Assembly (NCBI GenBank): GCA_022644565.1
Contig: JALCHG010000001.1
Location: 132-64,131, forward strand
DNA: 64,000 bases
Reading direction: 5' to 3'
From: Solobacterium sp.
GTDB lineage: Bacteria > Bacillota_I > Bacilli_A > Erysipelotrichales > Erysipelotrichaceae
Under the pieces are notes generated by a model that worked only from the letters and a program-made list of their open reading frames with translations, made no database searches and was not told where the DNA came from. Below are positions 36,913-46,318 of the stretch, one piece after another. The translations under genes and the position numbers were made by a program. Each line of letters starts with the position of its first letter. Positions within the stretch are counted from its first letter, which is position 1.

Positions 36913-37782
36913 ATGTCACGTACAAAGCTGATCAAAGGTTTACTCGCAGGATTTTTAACCGTAGGACTGGCCGGCTGCGGCAGTACGGCAGCCAGCAAAT
37001 CCGCTTCTTCCACTTCTTCAAGTGATACAGGAACGGTATTCCGTACGGTGGATGAAATCAAGAAAGACGGTACGCTAAGAGTTGCCGTATTCAGTGATAA
37101 GGCGCCGTTCGGCTATGTGGATGAGAATGGTGATTACCAGGGCTATGATGTGTATTATGCCAAGCGCATTGCCAAGGATCTCGGGGTAGATGTTGAATTT
37201 ACGCCGGTATCACCGAGCGCCCGTATTGATATTGTCAATTCCGGCCAGGTGGATATTACGCTTGCCAACTTTACCGTCACGGATGAAAGAGCCAAGCAGG
37301 TTGATTTCACAGCACCTTATATGAAAGTTGCTTTAGGTGTCGTTTCCCCTGACAGTGCTGTGATTACGGATGTCAATGATCTCAAGGAGCTGATTGTTGC
37401 CAAGGGCACAACGGCTGAAACCTACTTTGAAGAAAACTATCCGGATGTCAAGCTCATCAAGTATGATGAATATGCGGATGCCTACAATGCTTTACTGGAT
37501 GGCAGAGGACCTGCCTTCTCCACAGATAACACGGAAGTACTGGCATGGGCCAAGTCCAATCCGGGCTATACGGTAGGTATTACCCAGCTTGGTGACTATG
37601 ATGCCATTGCTCCGGCTGTTGCCAAAGGCAATAAGACATTGGCTGATTTCCTGAATGATGAAATCCAGACGCTCGGTGATGAGCAGTTCTTCCACAAGGA
37701 TTATGAGGAAACGCTGCGTCCGGTCTATGGCGATGCGGCTGATCCGGATGAGATTGTGGTTGAATACGGCAAGATTGACTGA
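36913..37782 (+). CDS. Amino-acid ABC substrate-binding lipoprotein, CjaA-like (probable cysteine)
   Basis: Lipobox LAGC; VAVFSDKAPFGYVDENGDYQGYDVYYAKRIAKDL, LANFTVTDERAKQVDF, STDNTEVLAWAK and LGDEQFFHKDYEETL resemble the CjaA cysteine-binding family. Confidence 0.82.
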   Translation: MSRTKLIKGLLAGFLTVGLAGCGSTAASKSASSTSSSDTGTVFRTVDEIKKDGTLRVAVFSDKAPFGYVDENGDYQGYDVYYAKRIAKDLGVDVEFTPVSPSARIDIVNSGQVDITLANFTVTDERAKQVDFTAPYMKVALGVVSPDSAVITDVNDLKELIVAKGTTAETYFEENYPDVKLIKYDEYADAYNALLDGRGPAFSTDNTEVLAWAKSNPGYTVGITQLGDYDAIAPAVAKGNKTLADFLNDEIQTLGDEQFFHKDYEETLRPVYGDAADPDEIVVEYGKID

Positions 37783-37884
37783 GCAATCAGGACGGATTGT
37801 CAATTCCAATCTGAATGAAGTGTAATAGAATACATCATGTGCAGTATGTACATGATGTTTCTTTTTGCCTGAATGGAGGAAGCT

Positions 37885-38799
37885 ATGGAAGTTTATGAAA
37901 AAGTAGATGAACTGCCGCAGGGGCAGGCAGATCTTCGTTATCTTCAGCATGGCTGTATGGTGCTGGAAGGCGGCGCATGGCGCGGTATCTATACCCAGGG
38001 GGTATTGGATGCCCTGATGGAAAATGATATCAATCTGGACTGCACCATCGGCGTATCGGCCGGGGCCATGTCAGGACTGGCCTATGTCAGCGGACAGATC
38101 GGCTTTTCCGGCCGGATGAATCTTACCTACCGCAATGATCAGAATTACTGCGGCATCGGTGCTTTGAAAAAGGATCACGGCATTACCGGATTTACGTATG
38201 CTTTTACGGAACTGTTTGATAAAGGCGGTTTTGCCAGAGCCGACTTTCTGAACAGTCCCCGCAGATATGTGGCTGTCGCAACGGATATCGGTACCGGAAA
38301 GCCGGTTTTCTTTGAAAAGGGAAAGTGCCCGGATATCTTCAAAGCCGTGCAGGCAAGTGCAACAGTACCGTATGTGTCAGAACCGGTGGAGATTGAAGGC
38401 AGAAAGTATCTCGATGGCGGCCTTGGCGTAAAGGTGCCGTATGAATGGGCATTGAAAGAAGGTTATGAGAAGATTGTTGTCATCCGCACCCGGGACAGGG
38501 ACTACCGCAAGCCGGTGAAGAAGCCGATAAGCATCAACCATATGTATCGCAAAGAACCCGAAACCATGGAAGATCTGATGGAAGAAGCACCGCGCTATAA
38601 TATCTCACTGGATAAGCTAGACATGCTGGAAAAGAAAAAGAGACTGTATGTCATTGCCCCGTCCAAGCCGATTACGATCAGAAGGTTTGAAGATGATATG
38701 AACAAGCTCGGCGGTCTGTACTGGCAGGGGTATGAAGATGGAAAGAATGAAATCAGGGGTCTTAAAGCATACCTTGGCATCAGCACGCAGGAAAAGTGA
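37885..38799 (+). CDS. Patatin family protein
   Basis: LEGGAWRG, GVSAG, DGG; ATG 37885 after GGAGG. Confidence 0.9.
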   Translation: MEVYEKVDELPQGQADLRYLQHGCMVLEGGAWRGIYTQGVLDALMENDINLDCTIGVSAGAMSGLAYVSGQIGFSGRMNLTYRNDQNYCGIGALKKDHGITGFTYAFTELFDKGGFARADFLNSPRRYVAVATDIGTGKPVFFEKGKCPDIFKAVQASATVPYVSEPVEIEGRKYLDGGLGVKVPYEWALKEGYEKIVVIRTRDRDYRKPVKKPISINHMYRKEPETMEDLMEEAPRYNISLDKLDMLEKKKRLYVIAPSKPITIRRFEDDMNKLGGLYWQGYEDGKNEIRGLKAYLGISTQEK

Positions 38800-38831
38800 C
38801 CTGCGTGTTTTTTTCTTCTATAATCATGAGT

Positions 38832-40985
38832 ATGAAAGATATTCTTGAAGATCTCAATGAAGAACAGAAAGAAGCCGTTACGACGACCGAAGGCTATGTG
38901 GCAGTCATTGCCGGGGCCGGTTCCGGCAAAACCCGTGCTCTGACAAGACGCTTTGCGTATCTCATCAATGAAGTGGGAATTTCACCCGGCAATATTCTCT
39001 GTGTCACCTTTACCAACAAAGCCGCTAGTGAAATGCGCCAGCGTATTCATGCGCTGACAGATGATGCCGACACAGGCTATATCAATACCTTCCATGGCTT
39101 CTGTGTATCTGTGCTGCAGGAAGACAGCCATGTCATTCATTATCCCAAGAGTTTCATGGTACTCGATAACGGAGATATCGATGATATGCTCAATATCATC
39201 TATGAAGAAAGAAATCTCACTTCCCGGGATATGACATTCTCCCAGGCAAGAGATATGTTTGAAATGCGCAAGTGCATCACGGAACGCAGTTACTTTCATG
39301 ATCTTATTGATCTTTCTTTAAAGGATCTGGAAGAGAAGTATCGGCAGGCGAGTGAAGTAAAGGACATTCTGTTCTATGGCTATCTGTACCAGGAAAGAAA
39401 GTGCTTCGGGCTGGATTACAATGATCTGATTATTCTGACGCTGCATATCTTTCATACGGATGAAGCTGTGCATCTGAAGTGGCAGAAGCGATTGGAATAC
39501 ATCATGGTGGATGAGTTTCAGGATATTGATCCGCTGCAGTATGAATTGATGGAATCCTTATGCGGGTATTATGAAAATCTGTTTGTGGTGGGGGATCCTG
39601 ACCAGACGATCTATACCTGGCGCGGAGCCCGCATCGGCTATATTCTTGACTTTGAAAGATCCCATCATGACGCAAAGACGATCATGATGATGAAAAACTA
39701 CCGTTCCACCCCTGAAATCCTGCAGGCATGTAATTCTCTGATTTCAAAAAACCGCAATCGGATTGAAAAGAATCTTGTTCCGATGCTGCCTTCCGGTAAG
39801 CCGGTGCGCTATCATCATGCCAAAACCCAGGAAAAGGAAGCACAGTTCATCGCGGCTGAGATTGAGAAGCTTCATGAAACAGGCGTGGATTACCGGGATA
39901 TGACAATTCTCTATCGGGCGCATTATGTTTCAAGGCAGATTGAAGAGATACTGATAAAAAAAGAGATTCCCTACCGGATCTATTCCGGCGTATCCTTCTT
40001 TGACCGGATGGAAATCAAGGATGCCATTGCCTATCTGCGTATGATTGCACGGCAGGATGATCTTTCTTTCCGGCGCATTGTCAACCAGCCAAAACGCAAC
40101 ATCGGCAGAAGGCGGATGGCTTACCTGGAACAGCTTGCGGCCCAAAGCGGCAAAACTCTCTATACCTGTCTGAATGAAAATCTGGAAGATCCGCTTTTTA
40201 CCGGCACAAAGGCAAAGCAGTTCATCAGCCTCATTGAAAAATACCGCCATCAGAGCGATCTGCCCATTTCAAAGATACTGACCGGCATTCTGGAAGACAG
40301 CGGATATGAGAAGATGCTCAGAACAGAAGGTGCACAGGAAAGGCTGGATGATCTTGCCGAGCTCAAGCAGTCTGTACTGGAATATGAAATGACATGCGGT
40401 GAGGAAACAGATCTGCAGACCTATCTGTCTCAGATTGCCCTGTATACCAGTACGGACATGGAAGACCATAAAGACGAAGTGAAGATGATGAGCGTTCATG
40501 CCGCCAAGGGGCTTGAATTTCCCTATGTATTTCTGGCCGGCATGAACGAAGGTATTTTCCCAAGCCGTAAAATCACTTCCGAAACGGAAATGGAAGAAGA
40601 AAGAAGACTGGCTTTTGTGGCCATGACAAGAGCTGAGAAGGGACTGATTCTGAGTGATGCTGAAGGACGCAACTTCAACAATACCTACCGCTATCCTTCC
40701 CGCTTTATTCTGGACATTGACCGGCCGTACATTCAGTATGATGAACCGCTGTCTGAGGATCTGATCCGTAAGATAGAAAACTGGATCCGCAGGGGACCCG
40801 GTGCTTCCATCCGCAAGGATGAACTGCCGTTTCATGAAAAGGACAGGGTTTACCATAAGATGTTTGGAGAAGGAACGATCCAGAAGATCAATTTCAAAGA
40901 GGGAAGTGTTGAGATCCGCTTTGACCGTTTTGAAAGAGAAAGAGTATTAAGTATTTCGGCTCTGGATAAGATGGAAAAGAGATGA
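38832..40985 (+). CDS. pcrA: UvrD/PcrA ATP-dependent DNA helicase
   Basis: AGAGSGKT, TFTNKAA, DEFQD, VGDPDQTIY, NYRST, SVHAAKGLEF, FVAMTRA. Confidence 0.88.
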   Translation: MKDILEDLNEEQKEAVTTTEGYVAVIAGAGSGKTRALTRRFAYLINEVGISPGNILCVTFTNKAASEMRQRIHALTDDADTGYINTFHGFCVSVLQEDSHVIHYPKSFMVLDNGDIDDMLNIIYEERNLTSRDMTFSQARDMFEMRKCITERSYFHDLIDLSLKDLEEKYRQASEVKDILFYGYLYQERKCFGLDYNDLIILTLHIFHTDEAVHLKWQKRLEYIMVDEFQDIDPLQYELMESLCGYYENLFVVGDPDQTIYTWRGARIGYILDFERSHHDAKTIMMMKNYRSTPEILQACNSLISKNRNRIEKNLVPMLPSGKPVRYHHAKTQEKEAQFIAAEIEKLHETGVDYRDMTILYRAHYVSRQIEEILIKKEIPYRIYSGVSFFDRMEIKDAIAYLRMIARQDDLSFRRIVNQPKRNIGRRRMAYLEQLAAQSGKTLYTCLNENLEDPLFTGTKAKQFISLIEKYRHQSDLPISKILTGILEDSGYEKMLRTEGAQERLDDLAELKQSVLEYEMTCGEETDLQTYLSQIALYTSTDMEDHKDEVKMMSVHAAKGLEFPYVFLAGMNEGIFPSRKITSETEMEEERRLAFVAMTRAEKGLILSDAEGRNFNNTYRYPSRFILDIDRPYIQYDEPLSEDLIRKIENWIRRGPGASIRKDELPFHEKDRVYHKMFGEGTIQKINFKEGSVEIRFDRFERERVLSISALDKMEKR

Positions 40986-41016
40986 ATGAAAACGGGCAGC
41001 GCAAAGCTGTCCGTTT

Positions 41017-41925
41017 TCAGATGCAGTCATTGAAGTAATCATAATCAGGATTGGGAATATCCCGGATGGTATGTTTTTTATGCGACAGAGGATCATGAAA
41101 GGTGATGGCATCAGCCCATAAGCCCATATGGGTGAAATTGTGATCCGGATGGCCGTAGAGAGGATCATTGACAATGGGCATGCCGTGGGCGGAAAGATGG
41201 ACACGGATCTGATGGGTCCGGCCGGTATCGAGCGTACAGCTGATGAGGCTGATGCCATTGCGGACGGCTTCGACACTGGCATGGGTCAAAGCGTTTTTTC
41301 CGTTTGGTGAGACCCGATAGACACCGGCATGGTGGCGGTCGCGGCCGATGGGATCATTCATGTCAAACAAAGTGCCCGCTTTCAGTACTCTGCCGGAAGT
41401 GATGGCAAGATAGTGCCGGGTGATCTTTCTTTCTTCCAGCTGGGCATCAAACCAGGGCTGAAAGAAAGGCATTTTCACATAGAGCAGAACCCCGGCCGTA
41501 TCCGCATCAAGCCGATGAATGGGACGCACTGGAAGAGATTCTTCATGGGCATTAAGATAGGCTGCCACCATGCCATTGAGACAGTCCGCATCCTCCTTCT
41601 CACTGTGTATGATGATCCCCGGCTCTTTATGAACAATCATGACAAAGTCATTTTCAAACAGCACTTGTGCCTGTTTTTCATTTGGCTTCCAGTCAGTTTC
41701 ATAAGCGGGAAAGTGAATGGCCAGCACATCATTTTCATGCATCAATGCTTCAGCGGACTTCACCGGCATGCCGTTGATTTCAATCTGACGGTTCTGAACG
41801 AGCAGATATCTTTCTCTGCGGGAGATGCGGTAAAGATTGAAGAAAGAGGACAGCGGTCTTCCTTTGAGGGCGCTGCCTGTTTCAATCTGAAGCGTTCTGT
41901 TTTCCTTGCTGTAGTGATACTGCAT
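41017..41925 (-). CDS. RluA-family pseudouridine synthase
   Basis: HKEPG, HRLDADTAG, TGRTHQIRVH, DPLYG; start reassigned to ATG 41925. Confidence 0.92.
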   Translation of the reverse strand: MQYHYSKENRTLQIETGSALKGRPLSSFFNLYRISRRERYLLVQNRQIEINGMPVKSAEALMHENDVLAIHFPAYETDWKPNEKQAQVLFENDFVMIVHKEPGIIIHSEKEDADCLNGMVAAYLNAHEESLPVRPIHRLDADTAGVLLYVKMPFFQPWFDAQLEERKITRHYLAITSGRVLKAGTLFDMNDPIGRDRHHAGVYRVSPNGKNALTHASVEAVRNGISLISCTLDTGRTHQIRVHLSAHGMPIVNDPLYGHPDHNFTHMGLWADAITFHDPLSHKKHTIRDIPNPDYDYFNDCI

Positions 41926-43276
41926 TCTTTTTCTTCTTTCTGTATTTCTTTTTCTTTGTGTCATGCATACCATTGCGCACCAGCACAGTAATGCTTTCCA
42001 CGTGCGGTGTATCCGGGAACAGATCAAAGGGAATGATGGTAACCGGATGGTAGCTGCCGGCAAGGGCATGGAGGTTTTTAGCAAGAGTGGCCGGGTTGCA
42101 GGAAACATAGATGATCTTGGTAATGGAGGAAGACAGGATTGTCTGTATCATGGCCTGATCCATGCCGGCTCTTGGCGGATCAGCCAGAAGTGTATCCACC
42201 GGCATTCTCACAAGAACGTTCTGCAGTCCTTCCGCCGCATCCGCCGTGAAGAAGTGGCAGTTTTCAATGCCGTTAGTTCCGGCATTGGCATCAGCGTTTT
42301 CAATGGCTTCCGGTACGGATTCAATGCCGATGACGGTATTGGCTTTATCATGGGCTAAAAGGGACATGGCGCCGATGCCGCAGTATGTTTCCACCAGCAC
42401 ATCACAGGGATCAATCTTGCCCACGGCTGTATGGTAGAGCTGCGCAGCCATCGGCACATTGAGCTGGAAGAAGGAGCGGGGAGAAAGACGCAGTTTCAGA
42501 CCGTTCAGATCGGTTTCAATCCAGTCGCTGCCGGCCAGTTTTCTGATGCTGGAGCCGAAAAGCGAAGTGCCTTTCTTTTCCGTATTGATGGATTGGAATA
42601 AACCGGTAAGACCGGGAATGTGAGACAGTGAATAGACAAGGGGAGCAGGTATTTCATCCCTTCCGGTCACCAGCGTACACTGGCCCTGTCCATTCAGACT
42701 GCGGATAATGAGATACCGCAGGCCATGGCCGCGCTTAGGATCATAGGCTTTGAGTACACCTGTGCATAAGCGCAGTACTTCTTTGCGGATTCTTTCCACT
42801 TCCGGTGTATGCATGGGGCAGTCCTCAATCGGAATAAAACGGTTGGTGCCGGTTTCATAAAGACCGCTGACAAGCTTTCCATCGACTTCGCCAACCGGCA
42901 GCTTGCATTGGCTGCGGATGCCTTTATGAATGTGATCCGTATGCACGCTGCGGACAAGATCAGAAGGTATGCGGGCATACTTGTACAGCGTTTCAGAGAG
43001 AATGTCTTTCTTGATGGCTAGCTGCTGTTCTTCTTTGACAAAATTCAATGCACACCCTTCACAGCGTGAACAGGAAGGGGTGATGCGCATCGGGGAAGGT
43101 TTCAGGATGCTGTTTACCTTTGCCCGGGCATAGGTATCGTTTTCTTCACAGAGGGTGACAGAAACGGTTTCATTTACAAGGGCATGGGGAATGAAGACAG
43201 GCTTATGTTTCAGATAGGCGATGCCTTCTCCGTTGATGCCGGTTTTCTGTATGGTCAGTACGATGCTGTTTTTCAT
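41882..43276 (-). CDS. rlmD: 23S rRNA m5U1939 methyltransferase (RlmD/TrmA family)
   Basis: TRAM domain 'GINGEGIA', CxxCxxC, SFFQLN, YCGIG, DPPRAG, YVSCNPATL, FPDTPHVE. Confidence 0.88.
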   Translation of the reverse strand: MKNSIVLTIQKTGINGEGIAYLKHKPVFIPHALVNETVSVTLCEENDTYARAKVNSILKPSPMRITPSCSRCEGCALNFVKEEQQLAIKKDILSETLYKYARIPSDLVRSVHTDHIHKGIRSQCKLPVGEVDGKLVSGLYETGTNRFIPIEDCPMHTPEVERIRKEVLRLCTGVLKAYDPKRGHGLRYLIIRSLNGQGQCTLVTGRDEIPAPLVYSLSHIPGLTGLFQSINTEKKGTSLFGSSIRKLAGSDWIETDLNGLKLRLSPRSFFQLNVPMAAQLYHTAVGKIDPCDVLVETYCGIGAMSLLAHDKANTVIGIESVPEAIENADANAGTNGIENCHFFTADAAEGLQNVLVRMPVDTLLADPPRAGMDQAMIQTILSSSITKIIYVSCNPATLAKNLHALAGSYHPVTIIPFDLFPDTPHVESITVLVRNGMHDTKKKKYRKKKKNAVSLQQGKQNASD

Positions 43277-43360
43277 AGTGCACTTATTATATATGAAAGA
43301 AGCTCGAAGAAAACAGTTTTAGACAAATGATAAAATACGGGACATATGTCTTTGTCTGAA

Positions 43361-43374
43361 TGAAAGCGATTACA
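43361..43374 (+). promoter_or_regulatory. cre/LacI-family operator
   Basis: TGAAAGCGATTACA is a full match to TGWAANCGNTNWCA. Confidence 0.65.
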
Positions 43375-43418
43375 TAGTATGGCGCCTGGTGTCAGAAAAA
43401 CGAGGACGGAGAAATAAT

Positions 43419-43645
43419 ATGAAAAAATGAATCAATGGCAGCAAGGCAATTCCACGGATGTAATCGCATATGCGGACAAAGCAAACGAGAGAATACGCAG
43501 TGCACTGTTCAACCCAATGGCTGACAGCTTTACAGAAGATGATTATAAGGCGCTTGTGAAGAAGCTGTATGATGTAGACCTGGCAAAGCTTGACAGAAAT
43601 ACATTCTCCCATGTTGAAATGGACTATCAGGGCAATCTGAAATAA
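43419..43645 (+). pseudogene. Internally deleted remnant of a tandem BMP lipoprotein paralogue
   Basis: 5' region mirrors the BMP gene leader (GGAG..AATAATATGAAAAAA then TGA). C-terminal DSFTEDDYKALVKKLYD..DYQGNLK matches the end of 43852-45018. Own terminator at ~43670-43700. Confidence 0.8.
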
Positions 43646-43795
43646 GCAGATCAACTGTGACATCTGTCAGGAACGAGTACTCCGCTGTTCCTGCTTTTTT
43701 CTGATTTTCAAAAACAAAAATACAATTATCATGCATATATGTGAAAGAATGATGAAATTTTCATGTGCTTTTTAAGTCAAATGGCGTTGAAAATG

Positions 43796-43809
43796 GGAAA
43801 GCGATTACA
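43796..43809 (+). promoter_or_regulatory. cre/LacI-family operator upstream of the BMP gene
   Basis: GGAAAGCGATTACA, 13/14 match to the cre consensus. Confidence 0.6.
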
Positions 43810-43851
43810 TACAATGGTCTTAGCGTCAAAGAATACGCATGGAGGAAAATA

Positions 43852-45018
43852 ATGAAAAAGTTTTTATCTGTAGGTCTGACCGCAGCAATGGCGGTCAGCC
43901 TGGCCGCATGCGGAAGCAGCTCATCCAGCTCTTCCAGCAGCGCCAAGTCCACATCGAGCGCATCCAGCTCTGATATGGCTGTTGCGATGATCACCGACTA
44001 TGGTGATATTACGGACCAGTCCTTCAACCAGACAACCTATGAAGCCTGCAAGGCCTGGGCAGCAGACAATGATGTTAAGTTCAACTATTACAAGCCGGCA
44101 AGTGACGCGGACGCTGATCGTGAGGCATCCATCGAACAGGCAATTGATGAAGGCTATAATGTTATCGTCATGCCTGGTTATGCATTCGCTCAGGCGATCG
44201 TTGATACTGTAGAAGATTATCCGGATGTCAAGTTTATTGCGCTGGACGTTGCCCAGTCTGATCTGGACAAGGATTCCGGTACAGACGGCTGGAAGTCCGA
44301 CAACACATTCTGTGCTGTTTACGAAGAAGATCTGGCCGGCTACATGGCAGGCTACGCAGCTGTATCTCTTGGCTATACAAAGCTCGGTTTCCTTGGCGGT
44401 ATGGCAGTTCCGGCGGTTATCCGCTATGGCTACGGTTATGTACAGGGTGCTGAACAGGCTGCTGAAGACAAGGGTGTTGCAGAAGTTGATATTAACTATG
44501 CATACGGCAATAAGTTCTCCGGTGACTCCGATATCACAGCTGCCATGGATACATGGTACGGCAATGGTACACAGGTTGTCTTCGCATGTGGCGGCGGTAT
44601 CTACACAAGTGCTGCTGAAGCTGCGCAGAAGGTCAACGGCAAGGTCATCGGTGTCGATGTCGACCAGGCTGCTACAATTGATTCCACATATGGCGACGGT
44701 ATGACTGTAACTTCTGCTACAAAGGGTCTTGCGGCTACTGTCAAGACAACACTGGATGCATGCAAGGACGGCACATTCTCTGATAAGTATGCCGGCACAT
44801 GCCAGAACCTCGGTCTTGTTTCCGAGAATCCGGAAGAGAACTATGTACAGCTGGCTGAATCCACACAGTGGGGCGACGGCTTCTCTGAGGATGATTACAA
44901 GGCACTGGTCAAGAAGATGTATGATGGCGACATCAAGGTTGATAACAGCGTTGATGTAGACCTCAGCAAGGTTTCCTATGACCATGTCAAGGTAGATTAC
45001 CAGGGCAACCTGAAGTAA
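43852..45018 (+). CDS. BMP-family (nucleoside) ABC substrate-binding lipoprotein
   Basis: Lipobox LAAC, Ser-rich linker, ITDQSFNQ, GYMAGYAA, GFLGG, FACGG, IGVDVDQ. Confidence 0.92.
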   Translation: MKKFLSVGLTAAMAVSLAACGSSSSSSSSSAKSTSSASSSDMAVAMITDYGDITDQSFNQTTYEACKAWAADNDVKFNYYKPASDADADREASIEQAIDEGYNVIVMPGYAFAQAIVDTVEDYPDVKFIALDVAQSDLDKDSGTDGWKSDNTFCAVYEEDLAGYMAGYAAVSLGYTKLGFLGGMAVPAVIRYGYGYVQGAEQAAEDKGVAEVDINYAYGNKFSGDSDITAAMDTWYGNGTQVVFACGGGIYTSAAEAAQKVNGKVIGVDVDQAATIDSTYGDGMTVTSATKGLAATVKTTLDACKDGTFSDKYAGTCQNLGLVSENPEENYVQLAESTQWGDGFSEDDYKALVKKMYDGDIKVDNSVDVDLSKVSYDHVKVDYQGNLK

Positions 45019-45134
45019 TCCTTCACACAGTTACAGATAGGAATGGCAGAGTCCATTCCTGTTTTTCTTATGCTGTAAAAGATAGAAATGCCGGCTGCCT
45101 GTCTGTCAGGCTGCCGGCATTTTATCGTATTTTT

Positions 45135-46058
45135 TTACTGAATTTCTTTCAGAATGCGATGAAGGTCTTTGGGTCGATAGTTTCTGTGATCCAGTTTCAG
45201 ATCATAGACAGCACATAAAGCATGAAGTGTCTTTGAGCCCTGATAGGCGGCTGTATAGTACAGATCCTGCATGTTGACTATGTTCAGATGATTTAAAGTG
45301 TCCTTTATATTTTCTGTACTGTACTGTTCAGCACCTGGGGATGCATTCAGCCTGACTTCCAGTATACGGCTGATCAGCAGGGCCATACTGCTGACTGCAT
45401 ACCGGGCTTTATCCTTTTTCTGACTGAGGCAATTGCTGTCTTCAGATTTTCTGAAGATCAGATCAGGCAGTGAAATGAAATGCTCTGAAGAATCACTGCC
45501 GGAGATTGAGCAGTCACTTCTGATGGCATTTGATAGGAATTCCATATACGTATCGAAATGATCAGACAGCAGGCTCTGTGTTTCTTGGATTGCTGTTTCA
45601 TCTGCTCTAGGCAGACCATAGAATTCGATGGAAGGATCAAGGATCTGACGGCAGACAAGATAGAGGAAAGTTTCATAGGGATCATATTGAAGCTTATAGC
45701 CAGGTGTGGTCTGAACAAAGAACTGTTTCAGATTCAGCTGACGGCAGGCTGCCTGCAGGAAGAACCAGCCGATATTACATACCGCTGAAGGTGATGAAGC
45801 TTCGGGACTCGCTGTCACTTTTTCATTGAATCTCACTTTTATTTCAAGCACATCAGCAATCTTTTCACTTTTCTGCTTTCTGTTATATTCAGCCACCATA
45901 TTCTTTACATAGGCAAGAGGATCATCCGTGATGGCAAGCAGCTCTGAATGCTTCCCGATCCGACTGATGGTTCTTGTTGTCGACTTTTTCCCATTCCGTA
46001 CACCTTCCTGGATGTAGTAGATGGGATCCTTAGAATGTTTGTTATAGGTCAGTTTCAT
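45135..46058 (-). mobile_element. IS1634-family transposase-derived ORF lacking the central DDE core
   Basis: N-terminal 'KDPIYYIQEGVRNGKKSTTRTISRIGKHSELLAITDDPLAY..NIGWFFLQ' and C-terminal 'ALLISRILEVRL..ENIKDTLNHLNIVNMQDLYY..DLKLDHRNYRPKDL' resemble the IS1634 termini. Only 307 aa; no TIRs recognised. Confidence 0.75.
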
Positions 46059-46265
46059 AAAGATATTATGCCAGATCTCTGCATGGAATATTTCGGATTT
46101 ATGGGGAAATCCGGCAGAAAAGGGACATATACGGTCGAAAGGAATCTGTTAAAAATGTCAATTGGCAGGAATAGAATGGTTTTCATTCTGTTTTTTTACG
46201 TCTATAATAAATTATGGGTTTTTTATGGGACATAATCGGGGACACATGGCATTTTCGTATTGCTG

Positions 46266-46279
46266 TGTAAGCGCATTCA
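46266..46279 (+). promoter_or_regulatory. cre/LacI-like operator inside the promoter of the ABC ATPase operon
   Basis: TGTAAGCGCATTCA (13/14) lies between TTGCTG (-35) and TAAAAT (-10). Confidence 0.55.
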
Positions 46280-46318
46280 TAATAAAATACTCGAGCAAGA
46301 GTTAAGGAGAAGAAAATA

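Noticed and set aside
43920-43975. TCC/AGC low-complexity repeats in lipoprotein genes (also ~37000, ~55130, ~60280)
   Set aside because: They encode ordinary Ser/Thr/Ala linkers after lipoboxes and are not tandem-repeat or CRISPR arrays.
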